A DNA stretch of 63,481 nt, the filler included, from Reclinomonas americana ATCC 50394 (lineage: Eukaryota): NCBI GenBank assembly GCA_048213135.1. It is 16 parts of 16 records of this genome, joined end to end, with 100 filler letters (N's around TTAATTAATTAA, not from the genome) between each part and the next. Parts side by side here need not be neighbours in the genome. Positions count along the whole stretch, not along the records: positions 1 to 1,155 come from AFZH01021529.1; positions 1,256 to 2,399 come from AFZH01021531.1; positions 2,500 to 8,615 come from AFZH01021532.1; positions 8,716 to 10,749 come from AFZH01021533.1; positions 10,850 to 16,908 come from AFZH01021535.1; 11 more parts are not named here. One strand, 5' to 3'. The position numbers and the translations under genes were made by a program. Below the pieces are notes generated by a model, which was given only the letters and a program-made list of their open reading frames with translations, did not search any database and was not told where the DNA came from. Numbering within the stretch: position 1 is the stretch's first letter; the number at the start of each line of letters is the position of its first letter. Of this stretch, positions 1 to 11,932 are shown piece by piece.

Positions 1-157
1 CAGGGGCAGTCCATCTCTTGATCGACAAGAACATCGCCGTGCTCAAGCGCCTCGCCGATCGGCATTACATCATCGAGAAGGGCGCACGGTCTGGTCGGGC
101 TCCAGCAGCGACCTCGCGGCCAATGCGGAACTGGTGCATCGCTATGTCGGCGTCTGA
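1..157 (+). CDS. C-terminal fragment of LivF-like branched-chain amino acid ABC transporter ATP-binding protein (two apparent 1-nt deletions)
   Basis: Joining frames gives QGQSI(L)LIDKNIAVLKRLADRHYIIEKG(R)[23 protein letters not shown], the typical LivF-type tail. The stop TGA at 155-157 lies just downstream of the next ATG (144), so the genes overlap. Confidence 0.75.
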   Translation, partial: RGSPSLDRQEHRRAQAPRRSALHHREGRTVWSGSSSDLAANAELVHRYVGV

Positions 158-1155
158 AAACGAGATCGTCGCGCGCAGCCTCGCGCCCGATCCCGTCGAA
201 GCCCTGCGCGACACGCTGAGCGAGATCCTCGCCGGGCTGGTCGCCGCCGGCTGCGGTCCGCATCACCTCACCGGCATGGACTGGGAGAGCGCCGATCCCG
301 CCGCCTTCCATCTGTCGCGTCACACGGTCGAGCTGGCCTATCGCGAGGTCTTCGCCGGCTTTCGTCCACCGATCCAATTGCAGCCTGGTTCGGAACCTGG
401 CCTGACCATTCGCGCCCGCCATGCCCTGCCGCAGCCGCTGCCGGATATCGAGGTCGACGGCTATCCGCTGCGCGAGCTCGGACGGCAGTACAGCCCGCGC
501 CTGCAGGCCGACATGACCGCGCTGTTCCGGCAATGGAGCAGAGACGGCGCCGCTTTCCGCGCCAGCCATGCCGGGCTCGACCTCGCCTATGGCCCCGGCC
601 GCTTCGAGACGCTCGATCTCTATCGCCCCGCTGGTGTGCGGCGCGCTCCGATTTTCGTTTTCATCCATGGCGGCTACTGGCAGGCCTCGGACAAGGTCCA
701 GCATGCGCAGTTCTCGCAAGGGCTGCTCGACGCCGGCTTTGCGGTCGCCCAGCCGAATTACGGGCTGGCGCCTGACACTCCCCTAGAGGCGAGCATCGCC
801 CAGACCGTCGCGGCGCTGACTTTCCTCGTTCGCGAGGCCGATGCGCTCGGCCTCGATCCGGCCCAGCTGCATCTCAGCGGCCACTCCGCCGGCGCCCATC
901 TTGCCGCGATGGCGTTGTGCGATCCCACAGCGCCGCCGGTGGCCTCGGCGCTGCTGCTGTCCGGACTCTATGATCTCAAGCCGCTTGGGCACCTGCCGAT
1001 CGGGCGATTGCTTGGCCTCGACGATGGCGAGCGCGCCGTGCGCCTCAGTCCCCTCGGCCAACCGCGCCGCGCCGGTACGCGCCTCGGCTTCGCCGTCGGG
1101 CAGGGAGAGACCGAGGCGTTCAAGCGCCAATCGGCGGGGCTGGCGGCAGCCTGGC
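144..1155 (+). CDS. alpha/beta hydrolase (arylformamidase/kynurenine-formamidase-like, HSL family) with an extra ~90-aa N-terminal domain; 3' truncated by linker
   Basis: ATG at 144 (MSASENE...). Motifs YGPGRFETLDLY, FIHGGYWQ (oxyanion hole), LSGHSAGAHL (nucleophile elbow), LLSGLYDL. Confidence 0.85.
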
Positions 1156-1255
1156 NNNNNNNNNNNNNNNNNNNNNNNNNNNNNNNNNNNNNNNNNNNNT
1201 TAATTAATTAANNNNNNNNNNNNNNNNNNNNNNNNNNNNNNNNNNNNNNNNNNNN
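1156..1255. other. Artificial contig linker (44 N + TTAATTAATTAA + 44 N), first of 15
   Basis: The same 100-nt linker, with stops in all six frames, occurs at 1156, 2400, 8616, 10750, 16909, 39911, 41804, 44177, 47242, 48996, 50545, 53572, 56206, 59545 and 61472. Confidence 0.98.
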
Positions 1256-1478
1256 CGAGGACACCGCCGATCCCGGCAAGCTGGTCGAGTGGTTCATGGT
1301 CTCGTCATGGGCCGAGCATCTGCGCCAGCATCGCCGCGTCTCCAAGGCCGATGCCGACCTGCAAAGCGAAGTCCGGCGCTTCCATGTCGGCGAGGCCGGG
1401 CCGGTGGTGCGCCACTTCCTCCATGTCGATCCGCTGCATCCCCACCCGGTTCCCTCCGGCCGGGAGATGGAATCGTGA
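1256..1478 (+). CDS. C-terminal soluble tail of an MFS transporter (MFS_3/transmembrane secretion effector type), 5' truncated
   Basis: EDTADPGKLVEWFMVSSWAEHLRQHRRVSKADADLQ matches the characteristic ExF.V.SW.EHLRQH.R motif. The TGA at 1476-1478 overlaps the next ATG. Confidence 0.8.
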
Positions 1479-2399
1479 TGCGGCGCCGTTTGATCGCACT
1501 GGCCGGTGCGTGCTGGCTGGCGCAGGCGGGCGTCGCCGCGGCGCAGGCCGACAAGCCTGGCGGCACGCCGGAGAAGGACCTGTTCGACCGCTTCAAGGAC
1601 ATCCCGCTGACGACGGATGGCGCGGTCAGCTTGAGCCTCGGCGGGCAAGTCCGTATCCGCCCCGAGTTCTCGCGCCATCCCGTCTTCGGGCTGGCGGCGC
1701 CCGATCATAATAACGGCCTGCTGATCCGCTCCTTTCTGTCGGCCGACCTCAAGCTCGGCCCCTATCTGCGCGCCTTCGTCGAAATCGTCAGCGGCCAGGC
1801 GCCGATCTGGGCCGGCACGCCGCCGGGAACGCAGCTCGACCGGCTCGACCTGCGGCAGGGCTATGGCGAATTGAACCTGCCGGTTGCTGCCGGCAGCCTG
1901 ATGCTCCGCGGCGGGCGACAGGAGATGAGCTTCGGCTCCTCGCGCCTGATCTCGGTGCGCGACAGCCCGAACGTCCGGCGCGCCTTCGACGGCGTCCGCG
2001 CCGCCTGGGTCGCCTCGCCCGACACCCGCATCGACGCCTTCCTGGTGCGGCCGGTCGTGCCGCTGTCGGGGCTGTTCGACGACAAATCCGATCCCGCCCA
2101 GGTGTTCTGGGGCGTGTACGGGACGAGCCCGGTTCCCGGCATCCCCGGCCTCAAGGCCGATCTCTATTATCTCGGCCTGAACCGCGAGAACGCCCGCTTC
2201 GCGCAAGGCACGGCCGACGAGCATCGCCACACCGTCGGCGCCAGGCTGTTCGGCAAGGCCGGCGGCTTCGACTGGAACCTGGAAGGCGCCTGGCAGTTCG
2301 GCAATTTCGGGCGCGCCGACGTCCAGGCCTGGATGGCCTCGGCCGTGATCGGCTACAGCTTCGCGGACTTGCCCCTCGCGCCGCGCCTCGGCCTCAATG
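1478..2399 (+). CDS. Alginate-export (AlgE-like) outer-membrane beta-barrel family protein, 3' truncated
   Basis: Signal peptide MRRRLIALAGACWLAQAGVAAA. Motifs GRQEMSFGSSRLISVRDSPNVRRAFDG, RHTVGARLFG, DWNLEGAWQFG. Confidence 0.85.
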
Positions 2400-2566
2400 N
2401 NNNNNNNNNNNNNNNNNNNNNNNNNNNNNNNNNNNNNNNNNNNTTAATTAATTAANNNNNNNNNNNNNNNNNNNNNNNNNNNNNNNNNNNNNNNNNNNNG
2501 TTGCAGCTTTTTCCTTCCCACCCCCTTCCCCCTCGATTCCCCTTCTCACCTTCCTTCCCCTCCCAG

Positions 2567-2817
2567 ACCGCCTTCGAAGCGAGCGAGATCGCGCACACGC
2601 CCGCATGAGCGCCCTGGAGGAGACACTGGTGCGCAAGGAGGGCGAAATCGCCGCCCTCCTCCACCGCCTGCACAACATCGAACAGCAACAACAACAGCAA
2701 CAACAATCATCACCCTCCCGCTCGCCCGTCGCCTCACACGCCATGTCCTCTTCACCACCGCAGCCGCAACCACCACCTTCACCATCACAACCGCGCGAGG
2801 TGGAGGCGGGCGACTGA
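2567..2817 (+). CDS. Terminal exon of a eukaryotic coiled-coil protein (poly-Q, P/S-rich tail)
   Basis: Pyrimidine tract plus CAG acceptor ending at 2566, then ...RLRSERDRAHARMSALEETLVRKEGEIAALLHRLHNIEQQQ...EAGD*. Confidence 0.6.
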
Positions 2818-2862
2818 CACATAAAACGAGATAATCAATCCATCAATCATCAATCCTTCCGA

Positions 2863-5800
2863 TTACACTAAACACCCGAAATCATCCTCCATTGGCGTCG
2901 GCTCGTCCGGGTGCTCCATGCTCATGTGCCAGAAGCGCTCCGGGGAGAACTTGAACAGCGACTGCGGCTGTGGTGGCACATTGGAGCGCCCGGCGCCCGT
3001 CACATACACAGTGGTCCAGTTGAGCGCCTGCACCTCCACCACATTGCGCTGGCTCAGCGGCGTGCTCATGTTGGTCAGCGACTCGATCACGTCGGGGTCG
3101 AGAGCCAGCGCAATCGATCGACTGCGTGTGCGCATGCGACGAGCGGCCGCCGGTCCAGCGGCGTCACGAGCAGCGGCCGCCGAACCCACGCGCAGGCCAC
3201 TGTCGTCCGACGCGCCATCGCCCGTGCTGCCGGGTCCGCCCGTGCTGCCGCCGCCCATTTGCTGCTGCATGGCCAGTGCGCGAGCCGACCGTGGCCGTCC
3301 CACTGGCAGCGATAACATGCGCTCCATGGGATAGCGCGGCGGAATGGCGCCGGGGCCACCACCGGTTTCGTTGGCCTCCCAGATGGTGCCGGGGGTGCCG
3401 TCACTGCCAGCCAACTCCATGTCGCCGTAGGGCGTCGCCGGGCTCGCCGGTGCCGTCATGTTAGCGTAATTGGTACCGGCTGGCATCGAACGATTCGCCG
3501 CCGACCCTGCGCTCCCGAACGGTCGACGCGGTGGTATGCCAGTGCTGACGGCATTGTCGCCCCCGGCCACCGGCGAATCGGGCCCAGTGAAAAGTGGCGG
3601 CAGGCGGCGTGGCGGTGATCCAGCTGTGGGAATCGCGCAAGAGAGAGTCAGAGATGACAAAACGAGATGATGCAATGCAGCACACAAAGCAAACCAATCA
3701 GGCCGCGTGGCGACGATGCTCCACTGGCACCATTCTCCAGCGTGGCCACCACGTGCGCCTGCAGCGGCGACATGCGACCGGGTCCAATAGACATGCGACG
3801 GCCGAGGCGGTGGGAGGCGGATGGACTGCTCGGTGCAATGCCCAACCCGTCGCCCAAGTCGGCCGCGGCGCGTGCATGTGGCAACTCGCCAGCCATGATG
3901 GGCGTGTGCGGACGCTCACCGCCAATCATTGGTAGTGGGTTTTGGTGCCGAGGAGTGCCACCTCGCGCCGAGTACGGCTGCGATTGCTGCTGTTGCTGCA
4001 TGTTGGAGAGAATGGTGGCCTGCCGCTGCTCGCGCTCGTATTCGTAAATCGCGTCCTCCAGCATCTCGCGCCACCACACCACCGGCGCGTCCGTGTGCAC
4101 CGTAAGGAGGCCCTTGTGAGCCACCAGTACCTGCGGAGAGGTGAGTCGCCGATAAGAGATGAGTGCAGAACAAATGTGTGTGCGGCGCAACTTTGAGGTC
4201 GTCGACGAGCACGCACTGCACCAAGTGCAGATTGCGCACCGATGGACACCGCGCGAGGAAACCAATGTCGCGCAGCGAGGGCAGGCGGCGCAGTTCGACC
4301 TTGGTGAGAGCAGGGGTGTTGAGGAAGCCGCTGATTGAGCCGAGCTTCGGGCAAAAGCCAATGTTGACGGAGGAGAGTTGTGAGCAGTGCTGTGCGGAAG
4401 TAAAGGAGGGTGGTGTAAGTCGACGGACAAGAAGAAGGGATAAAGTGCCGATGACAAGGAGATCTCTCACCTGGATGCCCGAAATGGACGCCAGCATGCG
4501 GCAGTCCTGCACCGTGACGCTCTGTAACCTCTGGCACTCTTCAATGGCTTCGATCTCCACCGCCGAGTGCATGCCGCGCAGGACCACAGTCTCCAGTGTG
4601 GCCATTTGCCGCAGCTCTGACAGGTCCTCCAGATTGACGCAGTTGATCACCGACAGATGCTTCAAGCACAGGCGGAGCGACTGTGGGGATGGAGGGGGAG
4701 GGAAGGGGATGAGAAGGGGAGGGCGGAGGAGGAGAGGGTGAGGGAGAGGGAGAGAAAGAGGGAGAGGAGAGGAGAGGGAGAGGGAGAGGAGAGGCAAGAG
4801 GAGAGGAGAACAGAAGAGAAGAGAGAAGAAGAAGAGGAGAGGGGAGGAGAAGAAGGGAGGAAATGAGGTGAGGAAAGTGAGAGGACATGAGAGGAGAGAT
4901 GAGGAGAGAAGAGATGAGAAGAGAAGAGAGAAATGAACAGAAGATAAGAGTGCTGAAGCGAAGAAAAGAGAAGATAAAGACATGGAATACAAGAGAAGAG
5001 AAGCGATGAGAACTGACAGGAGACGGGAAGAGGAAAAGGAGAACACAAGAGAAGAGGAGAGAGAGAAGAAGAACAGGAAAATGAGATGACAAGAAGAGAA
5101 GAGGTAAAACGAGGGACGACAACGGACAGAAAGGGAAGGGATGAGAAGAGAAGGATGAAGAAGGAAAGAGAGCAAAAATAAGAGAGAAGAGATAAGAACG
5201 AGCACGTTTCTCTTCCCTCCAACTCACCTCCATAAATTTAAGGGAATACAACATGGGGATGCGCTCCAGGTGCAGCGATGTTAGCGAGAAACCGCAGAGA
5301 TTAATGTCGGAGAAACCCGACAGATTGGGCAAATTGACTAGATTGAGGCGTTCGAGCGACACGGGCTCGTTGGCATTGGCTCCCGATTCGACTGCACTTG
5401 ACAAATGAGACGATGAAAAGGAGAGTGGGGAGGAGACAAGAGGACGCAACGGCGAAGCGAGAATGGAGAATAGGCCGAGCCGCTGATATCGAGACCGTGC
5501 GACTTGGCATTGAGATCGGGAGTGGTGATGCCACTTCGACTGCGCGACATGGCAGCCGACAGCGATGACTTGGGTGAGAACATGAACGAGGAGGAGGCTG
5601 GCGAGTCGGGTACACTGGGAGGTCGATCTCTGTGGTACACACATAAAGAAAGGGTGAGTAGATGGAGAGTGTAGAAAAGCTTGATGAACTGTCTGTCACG
5701 GAACTGTGTGCGCAGGAACGACAGATCGGTCAGTGTGGTCGAGTCCTCGAGCACCAAGATGCGCAGGGATTGACGATGAGTGACCACAATCGGCTGCAGC

Positions 5801-8615
5801 GAGCCGACATTGTGGAAGCTGCGGAGGGCGACCTGTCGGCGGTGGTGGGGTGAGAATGGGAGAAGTGCAAGTGATCAGAGTGATGTAAGAACCTCTGCCA
5901 ACTGCGTGCTTCCGTACGCCAGCGATACGACCGAGTGTGCGTGCCGGAAATCCGAGGACACGAAGCGACGCAGACCGCGCGCCTGCTCAAACACACTTGA
6001 CTGGATCCACTCGTTGTCAAAGGGCAGGTCGAAGCCATCCAGCAGCTCCACGTGCAGCAAGCTGCGTGCGCAGTTGGTGATCAAGTCGCGCACGGCACGG
6101 GCTTGCGGTTTGTGAAAGTCTGCGGGAAGGGCAAAGTGAGCAAAGAGGGCAAGGGGAAAGAGGAGGGGGAAGAGGGGAAAGGGGGGAGGGGAAGAGGGAA
6201 AGAGGGAAAGAGGGAAAGAGGGAAAGAGGGAAAGAGGGAAAGGGGAAGGGGAAGAGGAAGAGGGAAGAGGGAAGAGGGAAGAGGGAAGAGGGAAGAGGGA
6301 AGAGGGGAAGGGGCAATAGGGGGAAGGGTAAAGGGGTGAAAGGGCGAGGAGAGAGGGGAGAGGAGAGAGGAGAGAGGAGAGAGCAGAGAGGAGAGAGGAG
6401 AGAGGAGAGAGGAGAGAGCAGAGAGGAGAGAGCAGAGAGGAGAGAGGAGAGAGGAGAGAGGAGAGAGGAGAGAGGAGAGAGGAGAGAGGAGAGAGGGGGG
6501 AGAGGGGAGAGGGGAGGAAGGAGAAGGGAAAGGGAGAGAGGAGGGGAGAGGGGAGGAAGGAGAAGGGAAAGGGAGAGAGGAGGGGAGAGGAGAGGAGACG
6601 AAGAAGAAGAGGGAAGAGAGGAGAGAGCAGAGAGGAGAGGGAGAGGTCGAGGGAGAGGGTGAGAGAGAAGGGATGGCGGAAGAATGAAGCGATAAGCGAA
6701 AAAAACAAGAGGAAATACGGATACGGAGAGAAAGAGGGAGATAGATAGGGAACGGGACAGAGTGCGAATGACAGTGTAAGTCAATGACGAGTAGAACAGA
6801 GAGAGAGAGAGAGAGTGGAGGGGAACACAGCAAGTAATCGAGAGTGTTTTCCGTCACAGCGCCACGCAACTCAGTTTCTCATTCAGTTGTTTCCTCGCTG
6901 GCGATGGTGACCGCGACGGCGACTCCGATGGAGTGCCGCGACCGCGACGCTCGGCCATTCCACGGCGCTCCTGTGCTGGACTGCCGGTGCTCACCGACTC
7001 GGCTTGCCCGGGAATGCGCTTCACGATTGTGCGTTGCCGCTGCACGCCTCCACCCTGCGCCACTGTCAGGAATAGGAAAAAACAAAAGAATAGAGACGGA
7101 CGCAATCGCAACATTGTCGCCCAGCATCGACAAGTCGTCCGAGGAGCGCAGTCGCATGGTGCGCGGATCCATGTCGAGCAGTGAGCCCGAGTCGTCGGCC
7201 GCCGCGCCACCACTCGAGTTGCCGCGCTGGCCGTGCTTTTTCACCACGTCGGCAAAGGCGAAGCGCTCGGAGGAGGCCAGCGTCATGGCCATGATGGTGG
7301 AGGCGCTCGTGAGGGCGTCCTGTGGAGGGGGAAGGAATGGAAAAGGGAAAGTGAGACAGGAAGGGGTTGAGAGCAGGGGAAGGGATATGAAGGGGAAGGG
7401 ATGTGAAAGGAATGGAGAGGGAAGCGATAGAGAAGGGGTGAGTAGGGGATGCATATGTGGGAGGTGAACAAGGCACAGGGAAGAAGATTACAGAAGATCA
7501 CAAGTGAGAAGCACTCATGTCTTGTACAATGTTAAGGTAGATGTATGGGAGGGATAAGTGCAGCCATTTTCCGACTCTACTAGTTCTTCTTCTTCCTTTC
7601 CCTTTCTCCGCTTACTTCTTTTCCTTCTAGTTCTCGATCACTTTCCTTCTGTCGGTGTCCTCAGCAGTGCGCACTTTCTCACTTTCTCTCTTTCTCACTT
7701 TCTCTCAGAATTTCTGTAAATCCCAAGAGTGATCTTGGATTGCTTCTTCATCCTATCCACCAACTGCTCTTGTTCTTTATCTCTCTATCTCTCTCACGTT
7801 CGTTGACTGCCTTGTCCGTCTTTTCTTGCAAGTTTCCTCATCACAGCTTGCACTCCACTCCTCATTGTTCTGTTCACCTTTGCTTCCCCTCCCTTCCCCC
7901 TTTCCCCCACCCTTCCCCTCATGCACTCACCGTCTTGCGATCCGCATACACCACCCTGCCGAGACGAATCACCCGCAAACACCGCAGCGCACGCATGAAT
8001 CCCAACTCGACCAACTGCGGACACTCGCCCAACTCCAGTCGCTCCAGAATCACATTATTCAGTCCGCCGCCAGCATCGTGCGAGCGCACGCCACTGCCGA
8101 GCCAGCCGACCTGGTTGCCCGACGATGGATTGCCGAGGAAGGCCAACAGCGACAAATCCACGAGCTGCGGACAATGCCACGCCGCAAACGTGCGCAACGT
8201 CGGCAACGCATGCAGCTCCTGCTTGGCGGCGTCCATCGACAGCGGACCGAGGTCGATCGACACCAATCCCTCCATGTGCGACAAACGCAAGTGTTCCAGT
8301 GCCGGAGGCAGGCAGAGAATCGCCGGTGCCTCGCACACCTCACTAAAGTGAGCCAAACTCGCCAGCGACTCCGCCGCCGTGTTGTACAGGCTGAAGCAGT
8401 GCATCATGTGCAGCGTGTTGAGTCGCGGCAGGAGCGCCAGTGCGTCGAGATCGATGCCGGCCACGTTGCAGAGGACCAGCGTGTTGAGCGCCATGCACGT
8501 GCCCAGCGGTGTCAGCGAGCGACGCAGAGCGGCGGCCGGTGAAGCGCCCGTGCCTGGTCCCGACGACGCGGTATTGGCGGCGGCGGCAAACCTCGGCACG
8601 GGGCCACGCACCGGT
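2863..8615 (-). CDS. Multi-exon leucine-rich-repeat protein (3' part; probably continues into contig 4)
   Basis: Exonic LRR units such as LNTLVLCNV, LEHLRLSHM, LERLELGECPQLVELGFM, LKHLSVINCVNLEDLSEL, LSSVNIGFCPKLGSISGF, separated by GT-AG introns. Low-complexity C-terminus ends at stop 2863. Confidence 0.8.
6135..6665. repeat. Intronic polypurine/polypyrimidine microsatellite (GAGAGGA, GGGAAAGA units)
   Basis: Directly visible. A similar tract spans about 4690-5200. Confidence 0.9.
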
Positions 8616-8715
8616 NNNNNNNNNNNNNNNNNNNNNNNNNNNNNNNNNNNNNNNNNNNNTTAATTAATTAANNNNNNNNNNNNNNNNNNNNNNNNNNNNN
8701 NNNNNNNNNNNNNNN

Positions 8716-9979
8716 GACTAATCTCAAATGCTGCAGATTGCGCATCAGCAGCACCGCATCGTCGAGGCACTCGGTGCTCTGATGTAATCTGTGCAACGAG
8801 AGCCATTCGACGCCGGGAAATGCACGCAGGCGGGCGAGCAGGCGCTCGTCGAAGTGCGGCGAGCCGTTGACAGGTCGGTAGAGCACCAGGCGCGTGAGGT
8901 AAATGTCGACGGCCGACTCGACGCGCTTGTTGACGCGGCTCAGCGAGAGGCAGTCGGTCAGCGAGAGCATCGAGAGGAGGACGGGAAGGGCGCGGTTGGC
9001 CAGCATGGCCTTGACGGCCAGCGTGTCTGTGAAGGGAGGGAAGGGGGTGAGGGAGGCGGAGGGGAAGAGGAGGAGGAGGTGGGGGGAGTGAAGGGGGGAA
9101 ATACCTGTGTGTTGCGCCTCCAACACGTTGGCACGGAATGCGCCGGAACGGAAGTGAGAGCGCCTTCTCCAGTGCATGGTTTGCTGGGCGACGACCACGG
9201 GAGGGTGTTGTTCTGTGGAGGGAGAAGGGTGAGGCGCGCAGAGGGAGAGGATGCTGAAACAGGTGAAGTATCCTTCGTCTCTGACGGCACACGGCACACA
9301 TGCTTGCCCTCTCACTCATGCTCGTTCATCGCAAGAAAAACTCTGCATCGCTGACTGTCGTCAAAGTCTCGAGGCAAATCCCTCTGCGTTGCCAACTCTA
9401 CACGGCACGCATTCTTGCCCTCTCCCTCTCCCCCTCTCTCTTCTCCCTTTACCTCCACAGTCACGTGACGTAACTTCTTCTTCTGCCTCTTCTTCTTCTT
9501 CATCTCTGTGGCATGCCCCCCTACTTTCTACACGACAATTCTCCCTTCATGCACTTTCCACCAAACGCTGCAAGACAAACTCTTCTCTGACTGCCATCTT
9601 AGTCTCAAGCCTAAACAAGCCCTTTCGTCTGTGCTCTCTCTTTCTTCACCTCCTTGCACTCTCCCTTTGCCTCCACATGTCACGCAATGTTTCTTCTTCT
9701 TCTTCCTCTTCTCCGTGGCTCCTCACTGCCTACACTATCGATCTTCTTCATGCTCGTTCATCGCTGCATGACAAACTCTGCATCGCCTCTGTGCTCTCTC
9801 TTCTTCACCTCTCTCCCTTCTCCCTCTGGCACGCAACGTTTCTTCTTCTTCTGCTTCTTCTTCTTCTCTGTGGGCGACCGCATTGCCTCCATCCCATGCA
9901 GCATCGCTGCCGTTCCCCCCTGCGCTGCATCGATCCGCACGTGATGATGCTCCTGTTGATTACCAGGATCACTATTCAT
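8716..9979 (-). CDS. N-terminal part of an F-box/LRR protein (likely 5' end of the 2863-8615 gene)
   Basis: Exon 9026->8716 encodes MLANRALPVLLSMLSLTDCLSLSRVNKRVESAV (F-box-like), then LRR-like VEWLSLHRL...LQHLRLV. A tentative upstream exon from ATG 9979 ends in basic KKKKQKKKK before a GTTGCG donor. Confidence 0.6.
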
Positions 9980-10164
9980 CGCCGATCTGTGCGGACCCAG
10001 TCGACCATCCGCCCCTCCAGAGAGTCTCCCGGAGGGCTCACGGAAGTGGCCAGAGGCGCCGCACCTGGGGGGAGGGGAAGGGAGAGGGAGGGGGAAGGGT
10101 GAGATGGGGAAGGGTGGGGGGGAGAGGTAGAGAGGCATGGTAAAATGGGGAAAGAACGAGAAGC

Positions 10165-10620
10165 GAACGGTGAGACGAGAGAGGGAACGGTGAGATGAGG
10201 AAAGAGTGTGTGTTCTGCCTCGCAAGCTTTTCAGGCTGAGTGAGAGACAAGGATCAAGGAGTCTGCAGAGCGGAGAGCGAGCGTGCTGTGAGTCTAACTC
10301 TCTGTCTGCCCCCAAGCAGAGTGCGCGAGGGAACGGTGGGAACAGGAAGTGAGTGTTCTGTCTCGCACGCTCGTCAGGCTGAGTGAGAGACAAGGATCAA
10401 GGAGTCTGCGGAGCTGAGAGCGAGCTTGCTGCGTGTCTCACTCTCTCGCTCTCTGTCTCCTCGCAAGCAGAGCGTGAGAGGGAACGGTGGGAACAGGAAG
10501 TGTGTGTGTTCTGTCTCGCATGCTCTTCTAGAGTCTGCAGAGCTGAGAGCGAGCGTGCAGCGTGTCTCACTCTCTCACTCTCTGTCTCCTCGCAAGCAGA
10601 GTGTGGCAGACACAGAGTCA
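10165..10620. repeat. Diverged tandem repeat, ~140-bp unit, about 3 copies
   Basis: Recurring gagggaacggtg...gtgttctg.ctcgca and tgagtgagagacaaggatcaaggagtctgc blocks. Confidence 0.8.
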
Positions 10621-10849
10621 CGAGACCAGACTCGCTGACTCACTGCCTCACTCACAGTCTCACTCAAGCAGGTGACACGGAGGAGCAGACAGAGGCAGAC
10701 TACTGTCTCTCTCTCGTCTCCTCGCAGGCACAGTGAGAGGCAGAGACAGNNNNNNNNNNNNNNNNNNNNNNNNNNNNNNNNNNNNNNNNNNNNTTAATTA
10801 ATTAANNNNNNNNNNNNNNNNNNNNNNNNNNNNNNNNNNNNNNNNNNNN

Positions 10850-11585
10850 TCGTGTAGGCAAGAGAGTTGATTGTTATTCCGCAGAAAAAGGGGCACTTTT
10901 ACGGTTTTTGCACTTTTATGACTTATGACTTGTCCTGTCTCTCTCTCTGGGAAAGTGCTTTGTATTCTTGCAAGTTTGCGTGTGTTGTTGGCAAGAGAGC
11001 TGATTGTTTATCCGCAGAAAAAGGGGCACTTTTACGGTTTTGCACTTTTATGACTTGTCCTGTCTCTGTATTTCTATCTCTTTCGATGTCTCTTTCTCCC
11101 TGGGAAAGTGCTTTGCATTCTTGCAAGTTTGCTTGTGTTGTTGGCGAGAGAGTTGATTGTTTTTCCGCAGAATAAGGGGCACTCTTACGGTTTTGCACTT
11201 CACTTGTCCTGTCTCCCTTTTCCCTTCCATTTCTCTCTCTCTCTCTCTCTCTCTGGGAAAGTGCTTTGCATTCTCGCAAGTTTGCTTGTTCTTCAGGCAC
11301 GAGAGTTTGCTGTTCACCCTCGAGAGTTCTGTGAGGACAGTGTGGCACAATTCGGTTTTGCACTTTCACGACTTGTCTCTGTGTCGGGGAAAGCAGCACG
11401 CCTTTTTCGCAGGTGTCCTTGTTTGTGAAGGAGAGAGATGAGAGTTGCTTGTTTGTTAGGACTCCGTCTCCGTTCATTAGAGGAGACGAGCACTTTCACG
11501 GTTTTGATCTTTTGTGACTCTCTGTTTCCCTCTGAGAAAGTGCATCGCATTCTTGCAAGCAACCCGGTTCTTCAGGCAAGAGATT
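10850..11585. repeat. Diverged tandem repeat, ~150-bp unit, about 4-5 copies
   Basis: Recurring gggaaagtgctttgcattcttgcaagtttgc and tccgcagaa.aaggggcact.ttacggttttgcac blocks. Confidence 0.85.
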
Positions 11586-11932
11586 TTCTGCAGCACTCTA
11601 CCCTTCTCTTCAGTCGCAAGGCGCCCTTTTCTCACTCCTAATGTGCTCAGTATTGTCGATATCGTTTTATCGTTTTTCGATTGGTCGCACTCTGTCTCTG
11701 TGTTCCACTTGTCTCTCTGTTGTACTTGTCTCCCTTTGTACTTGTCTCTGCGTTGTACTTGCCTCTGCGTTGCACTCTGTCTCCCTCCTCCTCCGCCTTC
11801 CCTTCTCCTCACTTTTTCCTTCTCCCTCCCTTTCCCAATCCTTCCCCTTTCCCCCTTTCCCCCTTTCCCCCTTTCCCCCTTTCCCCCTTTCCCCCTTTCC
11901 CCCCTTCTCACCCCCCCTTCCCCCACCAACAG

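Noticed and set aside
18..143. ORF-track start at 18 for the hydrolase
   Set aside because: It is a chimera of the frameshifted LivF-like tail and the real gene starting at ATG 144.
1..157. LivF-like pseudogene or programmed frameshift
   Set aside because: Two single-base losses in short C runs at a contig edge are better explained as sequencing error.
1..2399. Bacteria-to-eukaryote HGT at the window ends (also 61572-63481)
   Set aside because: The bacterial pieces are separate contigs joined by artificial linkers and have operon-style overlaps with no introns.
2863..2880. C-terminal CaaX prenylation motif (…FGCLV)
   Set aside because: The Cys is third from the end, not fourth.
10165..11585. 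Repeat arrays as CRISPR
   Set aside because: Whole 140-150-bp units are homologous with no unique spacers, the context is eukaryotic and there are no cas genes. The same applies to 36140-36715.
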